From Phyllobates terribilis (lineage: Eukaryota), in NCBI RefSeq assembly GCF_046119375.1, contig NW_027362774.1, positions 30,380,001 through 30,444,000 on the forward strand: DNA of 64,000 nt. The letters run 5' to 3'. Position numbers and translations under genes: made by a program. How positions within the stretch are numbered: position 1 is the stretch's first letter; the number at the start of each line of letters is the position of its first letter. The notes beneath the pieces are model-generated. The model was not told the origin of the DNA. It made no database searches and saw nothing but the letters and a program-made list of their open reading frames with translations. This document shows, one piece after another, positions 62,401-64,000 of this stretch.

Positions 62401-64000
62401 CTGTGTGATACTGTCTGCTGAGCCGTGTATCTAATCCTATCCTGTGTGATACTGTCTGCTGAGCCGTGTATCTAATCCTCTCCTGTGTGATGCTGTCTGC
62501 TGAGCCGTGTATCTAATCCTCTCCTGTGTGATGCTGTGTGCTGAGCCGTGTATCTAATCCTATCCTGTGTGATGCTGTCTGCTGAGCCATGTATCTAATC
62601 CTATCCTGTGTGATACTGTCTGCTGAGCCGTGTATCTAATCCTCTCCTGTGTGATGCTGTGTGCTGAGCCGTGTATCTAATCCTATCCTGTGTGATGCTG
62701 TGTGCTGAGCCGTGTATCTAATCCTCTCCTGTGTGATACCGTCTGCTGAGCCGTGTATCTAATCCTCTCCTGTGTGATACTGTCTGCTGAGCCGTGTATC
62801 TAATCCTCTCCTGTGTGATACAGTCTGCTGAGCCGTGTATCTAATCCTCTCCTGTGTGATACAGTCTGCTGAGCCGTGTATCTAATCCTCTCCTGTGTGA
62901 TACTGTCTGCTGAGCCGTGTATCTAATCCTCTCCTGTGTGATACTGTCTGCTGAGCCGTGTATCTAATCCTCTCCTGTGTGATGCTGTGTGCTGAGCCGT
63001 GTATCTAATCCTCTCCTGTGTGATACTGTCTGCTGAGCCGTGTATCTAATCCTCTCCTGTGTGATACAGTCTGCTGAGCCGTGTATCTAATCCTCTCCTG
63101 TGTGATACAGTCTGCTGAGCCGTGTATCTAATCCTATCCTGTGTGATACTGTCTGCTGAGCCGTGTATCTAATCCTCTCCTGTGTGATACTGTCTGCTGA
63201 GCCGTGTATCTAATCCTCTCCTGTGTGATACTGTCTGCTGAGCCGTGTATCTAATCCTATCCTGTGTGATACTGTCTGCTGAGCCGTGTATCTAATCCTA
63301 TCCTGTGTGATACTGTCTGCTGAGCCGTGTATCTAATCCTCTCCTGTGTGATACTGTCTGCTGAGCCGTGTATCTAATCCTCTCCTGTGTGATACTGTCT
63401 GCTGAGCCGTGTATCTAATCCTCTCCTGTGTGATACTGTCTGCTGAGCCGTGTATCTAATCCTCTCCTGTGTGATACTGTCTGCTGAGCCATGTATCTAA
63501 TCCTCTCCTGTGTGATACTGTCTGCTGAGCCGTGTATCTAATCCTCTCCTGTGTGATACTGTCTGCTGAGCCGTGTATCTAATCCTCTCCTGTGTGATAC
63601 TGTCTGCTGAGCCATGTATCTAATCCTATCCTGTGTGATACTGTCTGCTGAGACATGTATCTAATCCTATCCTGTGTGATACTGTCTGCCGTGTATTTAA
63701 TCCTATCCTGTGTGATGCTGTGTGCTGAAGCCGTGTATCTAATCCTCTCCTGTGTGATACCGTCTGCTGAGCCGTGTATCTAATCCTCTCCTGTGTGATA
63801 CTGTCTGCTGAGCCATGTATCTAATCCTATCCTGTGTGATACTATCTGCTGAGCCGTGTATCTAATCCTATCCTGTGTGATACTGTCTGCTGAGCCGTGT
63901 ATCTAATCCTCTCCTGTGTGATACTGTCTGCTGAGCCGTGTATCTAATCCTCTCCTGTGTGATACTGTCTGCTGAGCCGTGTATCTAATCCTATCCTGTG
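53434..64000. repeat. 41-bp satellite array, >10.5 kb, running off the right edge
   Basis: Unit GTGTATCTAATCCTCTCCTGTGTGATACTGTCTGCTGAGCC, with 36-bp variants lacking TGAGC. Confidence 0.99.

Overview
Eukaryotic (vertebrate) genomic DNA, most likely a frog; the taxon is inferred from the Tc1 lineages, MITEs and dispersed minisatellite types. The core is a conserved housekeeping cluster in the human 16q22 arrangement. SF3B3 (minus, 25 coding exons, 18170-34154) is head-to-head with COG4 (plus, 19 exons, 37804-49161, 772 aa), and COG4 is tail-to-tail with the last 9 exons of FCSK/FUK (minus, 50096-52925). Four SF3B3 introns (1, 4, 6, 10) each carry a C/D-box snoRNA of the SNORD111 family. The rest is repeat-rich: more than 25 minisatellite/satellite arrays (including a >10.5 kb 41-bp array), two DD38E (Intruder-type) Tc1 copies, one nearly intact DD34E IR/DR Tc1, a hAT MITE, an L1 nested in an L2, a DIRS relic, an unclassified foldback element and two assembly gaps. 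Almost all long ORFs in the supplied track are repeat artefacts. The best leads are the 4-copy SNORD111 cluster, a candidate unannotated spliced ORF just downstream of SF3B3, the foldback element, a +1 frameshift in SF3B3 exon 3 (probably an assembly error), overlapping COG4/FCSK 3' ends and a 28-bp micro-inversion over a transposase start codon. I see no convincing evidence for a wholly new multi-gene system.
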